From: Mobula hypostoma
Lineage: Eukaryota
DNA length: 64,000 nt
Reading direction: 5' to 3'
Assembly (NCBI RefSeq): GCF_963921235.1
Contig: NC_086097.1
Location: 17,794,001 to 17,858,000, forward strand
Shown here in pieces: positions 23,101-38,100 of this stretch. How positions within the stretch are numbered: position 1 is the first letter of the stretch; each line of letters starts with the position of its first letter. A model generated the notes under the pieces. It worked only from the letters and a program-made list of their open reading frames with translations, searched no databases and was not told where the DNA came from. The translations under genes were made by a program, and so were the position numbers.

Positions 23101-26100
23101 GACAAAATTGGTCCACTGGAAGATCAGAATGGTAATCATGCATGGAACCAAAACTGATGGGGGAGATGTTAACTGGATTTCTTGCATCTAAATTTTCTCA
23201 GGAGACGGACACAGGGTGGAGAGAAGTGAGGTAAAGCAGCGTAGAGTTCATGGATCCTATACAGAATACAGAGAAGGAGGTATTAGCTGTCTTGATGAAA
23301 ATTAGGGGGGATAATCCACAGGACTTGATGAGATGTTCCTTCAGACCCTGTGGGAGGTAAGTACAGAAATTGTATTGGCCCTAGCAGAGGTATTTAAATC
23401 ATCCTTAGCGACAGTCCTGCTGAAGGGTTTCAGCCCGAAATGTCGAATCTACTTGTTTCCTAGATGCTGCCTGGCCTGCTGAGTTCCTCCAGCATTTTGT
23501 GCGTGTTACTTATATTAAAATATGTTCAAATCCATTCTGCATAAATACCAATTATCTTAAACACAAAAGTTCAAATTGAAATATTTAGGTGATTTTTTAT
23601 ATCATTGCATTAGATAGCCGTATCTTGGTTTATAATTTTATCAGTTACATTGAAAGTGCAAGATCATTTAATATTCCATCGGAGTAAATTCAGAGAAAGT
23701 TTTTAATTATTCACATTTTTGCTGTTTATTTTCGTAATAAATTTATTTTCTGTTTTCAGCATAAGCACATTTTTGAGAATATTAGAAAATGATATAGACA
23801 TACAGAGTATTTCATAAACTGCAGTTGGCAAGATTTTGCAATTTTAGAATATTGAATATTAATTTTCCCCAAATTAAATCTGAACACAAAATGGAACATT
23901 GGATTAACATGGAAATACTAAATACAGTTATAACATGGCTAAAAATCAAATATGACATAGTCAAAGTCAATGGAAATGATAATAAGATTTGGCTGCTATA
24001 TGATTCAGTGTAAATTAGTTGAATTTGTAGACAAAGGATGGAAATATCTTCCCTTCACTATCGTCCCATTTTATGACACAATGGAAATCTAGGATCTTTT
24101 TTAGAAAATAACTTCCCACTAGGGAAAAGATACTTAATCAACTTCAGAGATAATTAGAGAATTTCTGTGTATCCTTTTTTCCAAATATTACTAACAAGCA
24201 AGTGTTCTTTAGTCTATGACTTTCATCATATGTCAGTCTAAATATTTACTTTCCATGCTCTTAAAATTCCATGATTCTGCAATTCTATTTTAGATTCTAA
24301 ATAATAAAAATATCCAGCCAGTTTTCTGAGTTAATTTATTCATACACTTCAGTTGTAAGTTTACACAGATTTATTCTGTTATATAAATAAAAAGAATAAT
24401 AAATCAGTGTCAGTGAATTTAAAGATGCCGATTGCAATAAGTGGACAATTTTGAATACAGTACTTATTTTAGACCTCCAAGAAGCTTCTTGATACATTAG
24501 CATTCTTTATCTATTAGCAATGCTTCTAACTAAAGTGTAGGGAACTGAGAAAAACAATGACAAATATGTGAAAGATATACAAAGCACAGGTGGAAGTCTT
24601 CAGTCAAGTGATAAAAGTAAACCAGGAGCCAATTCTCTGCTGGTTGACTGTTGATATGGTTTCCTGCACACCAGAAAGACAGGAAATCGTTTGTAGACAG
24701 TGACCCAGATTAATGTTGAAATGGAGAATCCATCTGTTTGAGTCAGGTGGTCAGGAAGTGATCCAACTCTACCATTAAGGGGAAGCCCCAGGATTCCAAA
24801 GACAAAGTAAAGGGACAGAAACTTCAGTCCTTGAACTATTTACTTGACCTTTGTGTTCAAGGAATAATACACTGTGCATTTGCATTGCATCCTATGCATT
24901 TAAAGTAATGGAATATGAGACTCATGTAAAAACGGACTTATGTATAATGCTTTATATGAAATAAATGCTATTTCCATTAGTCAGCAAGTCAACAACTGTA
25001 GGCCAAAGTAAATAAGAAGATGATACTGTATAGGGGGTGACACAGTAGGGTAGTGGTTAGTGGATCACATTACAGCACCAGTCAGTGATCAATGATTGGG
25101 GTTCAATTCTTGTTGCTGTCTGTAAGCAGTTTGTAAATTCTCCCCATGACCGTGCGGTTTTCCTCTGGGTGCTCTAGTCTCCTCTGTTTCTCTAAAGACA
25201 TACATTTAGGGTTGGCAAGTTGTGGACATACTATGTTGGTGCTAGAAACATGATGACATTTGCAAGCTGCCCAGCGCAATCCTCGTTGATTTGATTTGAC
25301 ACAAACAATGCATTTTGCTGTATGTTTCAAGGTATATGTGACAAATAAAGTTCATTTTTTAATCTTAAGTCATTCAAGAACCAAACGTCTAGTACGAGAG
25401 GGCATGACTTAAGGATTGAAGGGCCCCCGTTCAGAACAGAAATGCGAAGAAATTTTTTTAGTCAGAGGGTGATGAATCTATGGAATTTGTTGCCATGGGC
25501 AGCAGTGGAGGCCAAGTCATTGGGTGTATTTAAGGCAGAGATTGATAGGTATCTGAGTAGCCAGGCCATCAAAGGTTATGGTGAGAAGGCAGGGGAGTGG
25601 GACTAAATGGGAGAATGGATCAGCTCATGATAAAATGGCGGAAAAGACTCGATGGGCCAAATGGCCAACTTCTGCTCCTTTGTCTTATGGTAATTTTTCC
25701 TGTAACCCTTAACTCCTATAATCCAAAGGTCTGTCCATCTCAGCCTTGAATGACACCGTTTCTGCAGATGTTTGGAGTAAACATTTCACTGTATTCCCTG
25801 TGATAAAATAATTTCCTCCCTGACCATTTTAAGTAGGCAATTTTCTATTCTAAAACCATATCCCCAGTTATAGATTTCCCCATAAGAGTCAAATCTATCT
25901 CAGAATCAAATCCATCAAGCTTCCTCAGATTCTCCTTTATTTCAATGAAATCACTTCTCATTTTCCTAAACATCATTAACCATAGGCACACTCTTCGTTC
26001 ATTTTTCGTAAAATAATCCTTTCATTACAGACGTCAATATACTAAACTTCCTTTGAATTGTCACTAGTACAACTATATACCCCCTCAAAATAAAATTAAA

Positions 26101-29100
26101 ACTTTATGCAGTATTTCAGTCATTGAAATACATTTGGAAATATCATCAAAACAAAGTTGGGGGTGGGAAGAAACATTGCCATATCTAATTATTTTCTGTG
26201 AGAAATGGTCCAATTTGCAGGAAGAAAGGATGTTATGTATTTTATACAAAAGAAATGAAGGAATAAGCAAAAGGGCAGAGAATAGGATAGCTCTTTCTAA
26301 CTCAGCAGTGAAATGGTTTGTTCTTTTCATGGAAAAGAAGTAGTTAACCAAAGAAAATAATTTACTGTTAAGGAAAATAAGTTTTAAAAAAAGGTTAAGA
26401 TGGCTTCTTTAACAGAAGAGACTTTGCTTGACATGTTTATTTCTAGTTAATTTTATTGCATGTAGCATGTGATTTTTTTTTAAAAAAGTAATGCCAGTGT
26501 GCCAGCTTACACAATTCTATGGAAACTTCTTTGCGGCGTACAGCTCGTACATTATTTGGAAAACAGTAACATTAATACAAAATTGATTTAGAGTACTAAA
26601 AGTCTTTTAAGTGGTTGTAATTTTAATGATAGATCAAACTAGTTAAAAATATTGTTGGGTTTTATTCTGCCATCTGTTTTTGTTAGAATTGAAGGAACTC
26701 AAAATCTGTGCAGTTATTTATTATTTCGTAGATTCTAAATGATATGTTTCAAAGCAGTAGACCTTAAAATATTAATGTCAACATATTAATATTTTAGAAC
26801 CATTGAACTATGCGGTACTGAAAATCAAAGTTATCCAATATACAGCTTGCCAGAAAAGCATTTAAAAATATCTGGCAAATTCTTTAATGCTTATATTGTA
26901 ATGTAAACCAGACAGCAGAAATAATATTTCCATCTGACTTAGCAGTCCTGAGGTACTTATTGAAAATACAAGGATGGTAACAAGCATTTTAGGGATGTTA
27001 ATGAATAAAATCTTCAAATATATTGGAACACCAACAATGCAGGCTTTATTGCCACCGCAGGAATGTTTGTGATTTTTTTTATAGCACAGAAGAGGCAGTT
27101 ACTATCATCAGGCTTCAGTTAAGCCTAAAAGTTCCCTGGCATCCTTCCCCGGGATATAACCTTGTTTTGCTGATTTTTGGAGCAAGGATGGCCTTTGATA
27201 AGTTACATAACACAAAAGTGTAAGCAAGACAATAATGAGAAAACAAGTATTAGTATAACTCAGACAATAATGTAAATAAAGTGGCATTTCCTATAATGTA
27301 TTATTGGTTGCCACAGCTCTGATGAATAGTAATTTTAAAATGCTGCAAAAATTTTCCTATTTAAACCTGCTTTAATGTGTTTGACACCCATACATTCACC
27401 TTAATCTGCCTTATTCTCAGAATCAGAATTACTGCTGCATTGAATGAGACAATTTGGCTAATCAAGACTATATCATCCTCCTCTTTCAGCCCTGGAACTA
27501 TTTTTATCCATTTCAAATTATTACCTAGCTTTCTTTAGAATACGGTTGAATTGGTCTCCACTACCACCAGGCTGTGCATTCATGTAAACAAAAGCTCCTA
27601 ATCTCACTTGTTATTTTACTAATCAACAATATTTTTGACCTTTTAATCAACAGGAAATGTTTCTTTTTATCTATGCATGCAAGCTTGATTTCACTGTTTA
27701 AGAGCAGTTTGGATAGGTACATGGATGGTAAGGGTATGGAGGGCTATGGTCCTGGTGCAGGTCAATGGGATTAAGCAATTTAAATGGATTGGCATGGACT
27801 AGATGGGCCGAAGGGCCTGTTTATGTACTGTACTTTTCTGTGACTCTATGACTACTCTGTAGCCTTCATGATTTTTTTTCTATCATTCTACTTGTATTTG
27901 TCTCTGTTCTTAGGAGAACCTTCCCAGTTTTTCCTGTCTATCCGTATAAGAAAAGATCCTCATCTTTTCTGCTCTTTTTCTAAAGATTTCTTTCCTAAAA
28001 TGGGTATCCATAATTACCATTGTGGCTGAGCCAGTGTTTTATAAATGTGTGCACTACAGTTATTTACTAAGATTCTCCAACAGCACGTCCCAAATCCATC
28101 AAGAAGAAGAGCAGTATGGGAATACTTACCATCTGTTTTTGTGGCAGATTTTCACGATTATCAAACAATCAATTCATTTATTTTCTCTGAAAGCGCAATG
28201 CCTTCCTGATAGAATAGTGGCTTTCTACTCTCAAACAGGAAGGAGCTTCAGATGTTGCTTCCTCCCTTCTTTCAATTTCATTACATCCTACACCACCAGC
28301 AAAAGCAGGGTACATATTATTGCATGCAGTTAAGATGTGAAAGAGCCTTGATAGAGTGGATATGGAGAGGATGTTTCCTATGGTGAGAGAGTCTAGGACC
28401 AGAGGACAGAACTTCTAAAGAGAGGGGTGTCCTTTTAGAACGGAGATGAGGAGGAATTTCTTTAGCCGGAGAGTGGTGACTCTGTGGAATTTGTTGACAC
28501 AGGCAGCTATGGAGCACAAGTCTTTAAGTATATTTAAGCCAGAAGTTTTATACATTCTTTATTGGTCAGGACATGAAGGAATATTGGGAGAAGGCAAGAG
28601 ATTGGAGTTGAGAAGGAAAATGGATCAGCTATGATGAAATGGCAGAGCAGACTCGATGGGCCAAATGTCCTAATTGTACTCCTATATCTTATAAAATACA
28701 TATCCCTCTTTTGCCCTATATGCTTACCTAGGCACGCTACCACAGTCATGTGTCTTTTCTGGAAACTTGCCTGAGCTTCTCCCTCCTCCTTCCCTCTTCT
28801 TCAATTCCTCACTCTGTCCCCCCTTTACCTCTTCTCTTCTCCTCATCTGCTTATCATCTCCCACTGGTGTCCTTCCTCCTTCCCTTTCTCCCATTGTCTA
28901 TTTTTAATCTCCTATAAGATTCCTTCTTCTCCAGCCCTTTACCTTTACTACCTATCACCACCTAGCTTCCTACATCAAACCTAACTCCCCCACCCACGTG
29001 ACTTTACCTATCACTTTCTAGCTTGTTCTCCTTCTGCCCTGCCGCCACCTTTTCATTCTGGCATTCTCCCCCTTCCTTTCCAGTCCTGAAGAAGGGTCTT

Positions 29101-32100
29101 GGCCAGAAATGTTAACTGTTTATTCATTTGCATAGATGATGCCTGACCTAAGTTCCTCCAGCATTGTGTATGTGTGTACGTGTGTGTTTGTGTCTTTAGG
29201 TCATCGGTGTTAAATTCTTCACTAGGTCATACCATCTGCTATTTGTTACATTCATGTTCTATTTTTAATCTTTTGACCACAGTTGCAAATGAACTGCAGA
29301 TTGAACAAGTAAGTATAGTCAGTCAATCTTTGTGACCTTGGAAATATTATCATCCTGAAAAAAAAATGTGTAAAATCCATGTGTTACTTAAGAAGAAAAT
29401 TAAATAAACTTTCTTTGTATAGAAAATCTCTACCTTCTTAATATTGTGATGGCCTGCACATTGAAATATAACTTAATACACAAACACCAGTCTGAAAAGA
29501 ACTATAAGCATGAAAATTCATCATACATTTTAGATTGACTGATGCTGAAGAGACCATGTTAGTCATGCTGAGTTGCTGCAGTTCAGCTTGCAATATGTGG
29601 CAGATTGATAGTCATAGTCAGACTTTATTGATCTCGAGGGAAATTGGGTTTCGTTACAGTTGCACCAACCAAGAATAGAGTATAGATATAGCAATATAAA
29701 ACTATAAATAATTAAATAATAATATGTAAATTATGCCAGGAAATAAGTCTATGACCAGCCTATTGGCTCAGGGTGTCTGACCCTCCAAGGGAGGAGTTGT
29801 AAAGTTTGATGGCCACAGGCAGGAATGACTTCCTATGACGCTCAGTGTTGCATCTCGGTGGAATGAGTCTCTGGCTGAATGTACTCCTGTGCCCAACCAG
29901 TACATTATGTAGTGGATGGGAGACATTGTCCAAGATGGCATGCAACTTGGGCAGCATCCTCTTTTCAGACACCACCATCAGAGAGTCCAGTTCCATCCCC
30001 ACAACATCACTGGCCTTACGAATGAGTTTGTTGATTCTGTTGGTGTCTGCTACCCTCAGCCTGCTACCCCAGCACACCACAGCAAACATGATCGCACTGG
30101 CCACCACAGACTCGTAGAACATCCTCAGCATCGTTCGACAAATGTTAAAGGACCTCATTCTCCTCAGGAAATAGAGACGGCTCTGACCCTCTTGTAGATA
30201 GCCTCAGTGTTCTTTGACCAGTCCAGTTTATTGTCAATTCGTATCCCAGGTATTTGTAATCCTCCACCATGTCCACACTGACCCCCTGGATGGAAACAGA
30301 GGTCACCGGTGCCTTAACCCTCCTCAGGTCCACCACCAGCTCCTTAGTCTTTTTCACATTAAGCTGCAGATAATTCTGCTCACACCATGGGACAAAGTTT
30401 CCTACTGTAGCCCTGTACTCAACCTCATCTCCTTGCTGATGCATCCAGCTATGACAGAGTCATCAGAAAACTTCTGAAGATGGCAAGACTCTATGCGATA
30501 GTTGAAGTCCGAGGTGTAAATGGTGAAGAGAAAGGGAGACAAGACAGTGCTGCTGATCACTCTGTCTGACACACAGTGTTGCAAGCACACATACTGTGGT
30601 CTGCCAGTCAGGTAATCAATAATCCATGACACCAAGAAAGCATCCACCTGGATCGCTGTCAGCTTCTCCCCCAGCAGAGCAGGGCGGATGGTGTTGAACG
30701 CACTGGAGAAGTCAAAAAACATCACCCTCACAGTGCTCGCTGGCTTGTCCAGGTGGGCGTAGACACGGTTCAGCAGGTAGACGATGGCACCCTCAACTCC
30801 TAGTCGGGGCTGGTAGGCGAACTGGAGGGGAGCTAAGTGTGGCCTAACCCCGTAGGCCGGAGCAACTCCAGAACAAGTCTCTCCAGGGTCTTCATGATGT
30901 GGGAGGTCAATCCCACCGGTCTGTAGTCATTGAGGCCACTGGGGCACAGCGTCTTTGGCACAGGGACGAGGCAGGATGTCCTCCACAGCACAGGAACCCT
31001 CTGGAGACTCAGGCTCAGGTTGAAGACATGGTGAAGTACTCCACATAGCTGAAGGGCACAGGCTTTGAGCACCCTGGTGCTGACACCATCTGGGCCTGCA
31101 GCCTTGCTTGGGTTGAGACGTTTCAACTGTCTTTTCAGCTGTGAAGCCCACCATGGTGGTTTCGTGTGGGGGAGGGGTATAGTCATGAGAGCAGGGTGGG
31201 GGACTGTGAGGAGGAGTAGTAGGGGAGAGTGGAATATGTGTTGGTTGGGGGCCGACAGCAGATGAATCATGTGGGGGATGGGCAGGGGCCACAATGTCAA
31301 ATCTGTTAAAGAACAGGTTAAGTTCGTTGGCCCTGTCCACACTGCCTTCAGCTCCTCTGTTGCTAGTTTGCCCCCACTCCAGACCTCTCTCATGTTGTTC
31401 TGTTGGAGTTTCCACTCAAGCTTCCTCCTATACCTGCCTTTAGCCTCCCTGATCCTGGCTTTCAGGTCCCTCTATATTGCCTTCAGCTCCTCCTTATTTC
31501 CATCTCTAAACACCCTCTTTTTTGCATTCAGGATGTTCTTAATGTCCTTTGTTGCCCATGGCTTGTTATTTGAATGACAAAGGACAGATCTTGCTGGAAC
31601 ATTGCAGTCCACACAGAAGTTGATGTAACCAGTGATGCACTCTGTGAGCCCATCAGTATCCTCTCCATGTGGCTCACAGAGTGCCTGCCAGTCTGTCACC
31701 TCAAAACAACCCTGGAGCTCCTCATAAGCTTCCTCCAACCATTTCCTCACTGTTCTCGAGGTTGCAGGTTTGCTCTTCACCAGAGGCATGTAGCAGGGTT
31801 TGAGATGCACTAGGTTGTGATCTGACCTTCCCAATGGGGGGAGGGGAGAGGAGCTGTATGCATCCTTAATATTAGCATACATCAAATCCAGAGTCCTCTC
31901 CCCTCTGGTTGTACAGCTCACATACTGCGTGAAGTTGAGCAGTGTTCTAGCCATGGTAACCTGGTTGAAGTCACCCGAGATGGTAATGAGGGCACTCGGG
32001 TGCTGTGTTTGTAATCTGGCTATGACGGTGTAAATGATGTTACACGTCGACGTCGGGTTGGCAGAGGGAGGGATGAACACAACAACCACAATTGCATGTG

Positions 32101-35100
32101 AGATTTCCCTTGGCAAATAATAAGGCCGGAGTCCAACAGCAAATAGTTCAATATCCGGGCTACAAACACGTTCCTTGATCGTATTACGACCAGGATTGCA
32201 CCATCTGTTGTTTACCAGAACAGCAAGCCCCCCTCCTTTTACACTTATCGCTCGCAGTGCAATTCCGGTCATTCCTGGAATAGCCAGGAGTCAGAGAACA
32301 TTTCGGGACAGTAGTGAGAGCAGAAGAAGAGTGAACTCCTCTTCTCCATAAGACTCTGTTGTCCCGACCTGGTCCTCTTCCTTCTCCTTTTTGATCCTCC
32401 TCTGCATCCTCTGTGTGTTTTCCTCCAGATTTCAGCCGGGGTGTCTGCCGCTCTATTCGCTAAACCGGCTGGCATAAGTGCAATCAGCTGGTCCCTGGAT
32501 GTGTGACTTCCTTGGAAAAGCAGACTCCAAGTATTGTTTCCTTGACATGTGAATGTAAAAAAGTTCTCAGTCAAAACCCTAGCAGGATAAGTCACCCTTA
32601 CTAGAGCCTTTCTTCCCCTTCCGTTCCTGGCATATGGCCTTGCTCTTTAAGCTAAACCATCTTGTCTGTAATGTTCAATACCTAGATGTTTGGCAACAAC
32701 ATTCCCGTATTTCAATAGAACTATCATATAGACATGTAAAACTCAATATGCTCTCAAGACTCCAGTGCTTCAACAAATGAACCAACAAATACACAAGCTT
32801 TCTTTCTTCTCTTTCAGCAATCAGATTTGGAGATCCTTGAAGACACCGGTATCAGATTTATGTACTCTTTCCATTTTCTCTCCTTGCCAAATGCATGGTA
32901 CTGACGTTGTGCTGATTTCTACTAAATGACCCCTCCTATATATATCATCCCTATCCCTCCATTCCTTTCATATTATGTTGATCTAAAAGTTCCTTAAACT
33001 CCGCAAAACTGCCTGCTCCCACTACTACCCCTACTAATCTATTCCAGGCACCTACAACCCCCTGTGTTGAAACAAAACTTCCCTCCTTTAACCTTAAAAA
33101 CATGTCCTCTGATATTTGACATTCCTACCTGAGGGAAGAGATTCTGACTGTCTATGTGTACTATAATTTTTAAAAGCCCAGTGAGGTCTCCCTTGACATC
33201 TGTCTACACTGAGCTTGCATAGTCTCCCTATAATTACATGGGTTTCCTCCAAATGCTAGTGTTTCCTCCCACATTCCAAAAGATGTATGGGTTGGTAAAT
33301 TAATGAGCCACTATAAATCACACTTACTGAGTAGGTGAATGGTAGAATGCGGGGGAAATTAATGGGAATGTGGGGAATACAGACTACTGTGGGATTGGTT
33401 AAATGGTTGCTTGAAGGTCAGCATAGATAATAAAGTGAAGGGATTGTTTCCACACTGCATGGCTCAAAATTATCATTCTATGAGTACTGGATGATTAGTA
33501 TATTCTGTACACATTAATTGTGCACACGCAGTGCATGTGTTAATGTGTGAGGTAATATTTCAAACTGAGCCATGCTAAAATATGTGTTCACAACTTGTGC
33601 ATGAAAATGGAGGCAAATGTGCAACTCAGTGCTGAAATAAAGGTGTCTTCAAACTGATTTACATTAGCAGTATTACTTTTTCATTCTCTTTACCCTTCCC
33701 CATCCTCTCCATCTGTCCATCTCCCACACACTCTTCCCACTGCCCCCCACTAGTCTCCTCTGCCTTCTCCACTTCTTTCCCGTTATTCTATTCTGCAGCT
33801 TCCTCCCCTTGCAGTCATCTTCAGCCCTTTGTCACTTCCACCTATCTGTTTCCACTCTCTCCTCCCACTTTTGCCTAACGCTCGCTCCCCCCACCTGGAT
33901 CTACCTGTCACTTACTAGCACTTCCTCCAGCCCTTCCCTCCACCTTTCTTTATCTTTTTATCTCTTCTATCTTTCAATTTAGATTATGGTATCTTGACCA
34001 TAATTCTTGACTTCCTCAAGAATTTGTATGTTGCTCCAACTTCCAGCATCTGCATTTTCCTGTGTCTCTTTTATCACTTTCTTACAGCATCTGAACTTTC
34101 CCGCGATTTCTGTTTCTGTTGCAAAAACATAATTCTAATGTTTTGCTTGTATTCTGGGCATAATCTAACAGAAAGTAAGAAGAGTAAAAAAAAGCCAACA
34201 ATGCATAACACAAAATAATTTGTTTCTTATCTCAATCCCAAATGATACTGGCACAAAATCAAGAGAGTAGAGGATATGAATAATGTAGAGCCTAGTCGTT
34301 AGCTGAGCAGGTGTGAATGTCTGTTAACCTTCTACTATTATTTTACATGGTATCTTTACAAACAAAAATGACAATCCCTTATCTGATCTATCGCAGAATC
34401 CTTTCTATGTCAAGATCATCACCTTAGATGATTACGGTCTTATTCTTTTTGGGTCTTTAGCTCCCAGTGGAGTATAGGCCATTGATGACCTCCCATTTCC
34501 ATCGTACAAAGTCGATGGTATGGTTGGAGTTCATCAATGTTTCTGTAATCCGTTGTGTCCACTGTACAAGGGGGTTGGTCTATACAGCTTCACCAGAGCC
34601 CTGTTGGCTGGCCTTTCCCATTTCCACCTCTCACAATGAGGATGTAGAGTTGGACTTTGAGAGTCAGAAAATCACCTTACTTGTCATATAGAAAAAAAAT
34701 CCACAACCCAGGAATAATAATGCATGTATACATTTCTAAATGACAATAAAGTCTCATAATCTAATATAAAGTTATCATATTTATTCATACTCCTCTTCTT
34801 ATGCTCTTTAAGGAATTGTTTGCCATATATCTATCTCAACTGACTTATTCCATTGCAATGACCTCTGGTTCTCCCAAAAAATGAAACTTTTTCTCCATGT
34901 TTAGCCTGACAAGGACCCTCAGGGCTTTATCAGTTTTAGTCAAGCTATGTTGCACACTATCAGGAAAAGAAAATCAAAACTGGACAACATAAAGTACAGC
35001 ACTATCCTCATCTCCTCTCAGTTAGGTGTTTTCTATAGAGCAAGCATGAAAGAGCAAGGATTATTTGGAAATATTCAATGCCAAAGCATTATGTTTGTAT

Positions 35101-38100
35101 CTTTTCTTAGTTTGCCTTCTTCTCATTCATTTCCAGCTGATAAGTTCTAGCACAAATTTTCTTTACCATCTCTTTAAATTAAAACAAGGTCATTTCCAAA
35201 GTTATGATGGCAAAACTTAACATAACAAATAGAAGCTGGAGTGGACAATACAACAGTTAACAACAGGAATTCTGCAGATGCTGGAAATTCAAACAACACA
35301 CGTGCTGGTGAACGTAGCAGGCCAGGCAGCATCTCTAGGAAGAGGTACAGTCGATGTTTCAGGCTGAGACCCTTCGTCAGGACTAACTGAAGGAAGAGTT
35401 AGTAAGAGATTTGAAAGTGGGAGGGGGAGGGGGAGATCCAAAATGATAGGAGAAGAAAGGAGGGGGAGGGATGGAGCCAAGAGCTGGACAGGTGATTGGC
35501 AAAGGGGATATGAGAGGATCATGGGACAGGAGGTCCGGGGAGAAAGACAAGGGGGGGGAACCCAGAGGATGGGCAAGGGGTATAGTCAGAGGGACAGAGG
35601 GAGAAAAAGGAGAGTGAGAGAAAGAGTGGGTGTATAAAAATAAATAACAGATGGGGTACGAGGGGGAGGTTGGGTATTAGCGGAAGTTAGAGAAGTCGAT
35701 GGTCATGCTATCAGGTTGGAGGCTACCCAGACGGAATATAAGGTGTTGTTCCTCCAACCTGAGTGTGGCTTCATCTTTACAGTAGAGGAGGCCGTGGATA
35801 GACATGTCAGAATGGGAATGGGATGTGGAATTAAAATGTGTGGCCACTGGGAGATCCTGCTTTCTCTGGCGGACAGAGCGTAGGTGTTCAGCAAAGCGGT
35901 CTCCCAGTCTGAGTCGGGTCTCGCCAATATATAAAAGGCCACATCGGGAGCACCAGATGCAGTATATCACCCCAGCCGACTCACAGGTGAAGTGTCGCCT
36001 CACCTGGAAGGACTGTTTGGGGCCCTGAATGGTGGTAAGGGAGGAAATGTAAGGGCATGTGTAGCACTTGTTCCGCTTACAAGGATAAGTGCCAGGAGGG
36101 AGATCAGTGGGGAGGGATGGGGGGACGAATGGACAAGGGAGTCGCGTAGGGAGCGATCCCTGCGGAAAGGGGGGTGGGGGAGGAAAGATGTACTTAGTGG
36201 TGGGATCCCGTTGGAGGTGGCGGAAGTTACGGAGAATAATATGTTGGACCCGGAGGCTGGTGGGGTGGTAGGTGAGGACCAGGTGAACCCTATTCCTAGT
36301 GGGGTGGTGGGAGGATGGAGTGAGAGTAGATGTGCATGAAATGGGGGAGGTGCATTTGAGAGCAGAGTTGATAGTGGAGGAAGGGAAGCCCTTTTCTTTA
36401 AAAAAGGAGGGTATCTCCCTCGTCCTGGAATGAAAAGCCTCATCCTGAGAGCAGATGCGGCGGAGACGGAGGAATTGCGAGAAGGGGATGGCATTTTTGC
36501 AAGAGACAGGGTGAGAAGAGGAATAGTCCAGATAGTGTGAGAATCAGTAGGCTTATAGTAGACATCAATGGATAAGCTGTCTCCAGAGACAGAGACAGAA
36601 AGATCTAGAAAGGGGAGGGAGGTGTCGGAAATGGACCAGGTAAACTTGAGGGCAGGGTGAAAGTTGGAGGCAAAGTTTATAAAGTCAACGAGCTCAGCAT
36701 GCGTGCAGGAAGCAGCGCCAATGCAGTCGTCGATGTAGCAAAGGAAAAATGGGGGACAGATACCAGAATAGGCACGGAACATAGATTGTTCCACAAACCC
36801 AACAAAAAGGCAGGCATAGCTAGGACCCATACGGGTGCCCATAGCTACACCTTTAGTCTGGAGGAAGTGGGAGGAGCCAAAGAAGAAATTATTAAGAGTA
36901 AGGACTAATTCCACTAGACGGAGCAGAGTGGTGATAGAGGGGAACTGATTAGGTCTGGAATCCAAAAAGAAGCGGAGAGCTTTGAGACCTTCCTGATGGG
37001 GGATGGAAGTATATAGGGACTGGACATCCATGGTGAAAATAAAGCGGTGGGGGCCAGGGAACTTAAAATCATCGAAAAGTTTAAGAGCATGAGAAGTGTC
37101 ATGAACATAGGTAGGAAGGGATTGAACAAGGGGGGATAAAACCGTGTCGAGGTATGCAGAAATGCGTTTGGTAGGGCAGGAGCAAGCTGAGACAATAGGT
37201 CTGCCAGGATAGGCAGGTTTGTGGATCTTGGGTAGGAGGTAGAAACGGGAAGTGCGAGGTGTGGGAACTATAAGGTTGGTAGCAGTGGATGGGAGATCGC
37301 CTGAGCGGATAAAGTCGGTGATGGTGTGGGAGACAATGGCCTGGTGCTCCTTAGTGGGATCAAGATCAAGGGGTAAATAAGAGGAGGTATCCGCGAGTTG
37401 TCGCTGTGCCTCGGCAAGGTAGAGGTCAGTACGCCAGACTACAACAGCACTCCCCTTATCGGCGGGTTTAATAATAAGGTTAGGATTAGTTTGGAGGGAG
37501 TGGAGAGCAGAGCGTTCCGAAGGAGTGAATTTGGAATGGGAACAAGGTGCGGTGAAGTCGAAACAGTTGATGTCCCATCGGCAGTTAGCGATAAAGAGAT
37601 CCAGAGCAGGCAGAAGACCAGAGCGGGGTGTCGATGAAGAGGAGGGTTGAAGACGGGAGAAGGGGTCATCGGTGGGGGTGGAAGAGTCCTTGCCGAAGAA
37701 GTAGGCTCGGAGACAAAGACGGCGGAAGAAGAGTTCCGCATCGTGGCGAACACAGAACTCGGAATACAGCAGTCAATCCCGTTTCACCATTTGGTATGAC
37801 TCTGGCTGATCTTGTGCCTTCTCCGTTTCCCTAATATTCTCACCTAAAAAGGAAAAACTTTAGACTTAAAGAGAGCATCTATACTTACCCAAAATTTTCT
37901 TCATATTTGAAGAATTCTCAACAGTGCTATGTTCTTATTTCAAACAAATCTCATCACATTTATGAGGAATAATTCTCCAAATTGCTTTGTCTTTTGCCAG
38001 CATTTTAAATGGGTGCATCAGCACTTTAAGTTGCATTAATTTTACATGGCATTCTTTAGCCAATATGATTGAAATAATGTTCTGTTAATGTAAAAGTATG

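Noticed and set aside
25033..25115. tRNA-like A and B boxes
   Set aside because: Head of a V-SINE-like element; no intact cloverleaf, so not called a tRNA gene
35400..35680. G/A-rich tracts as a dedicated G-quadruplex or regulatory element
   Set aside because: They are the complement of the pyrimidine-rich Penelope 3' UTR present in most copies of the family
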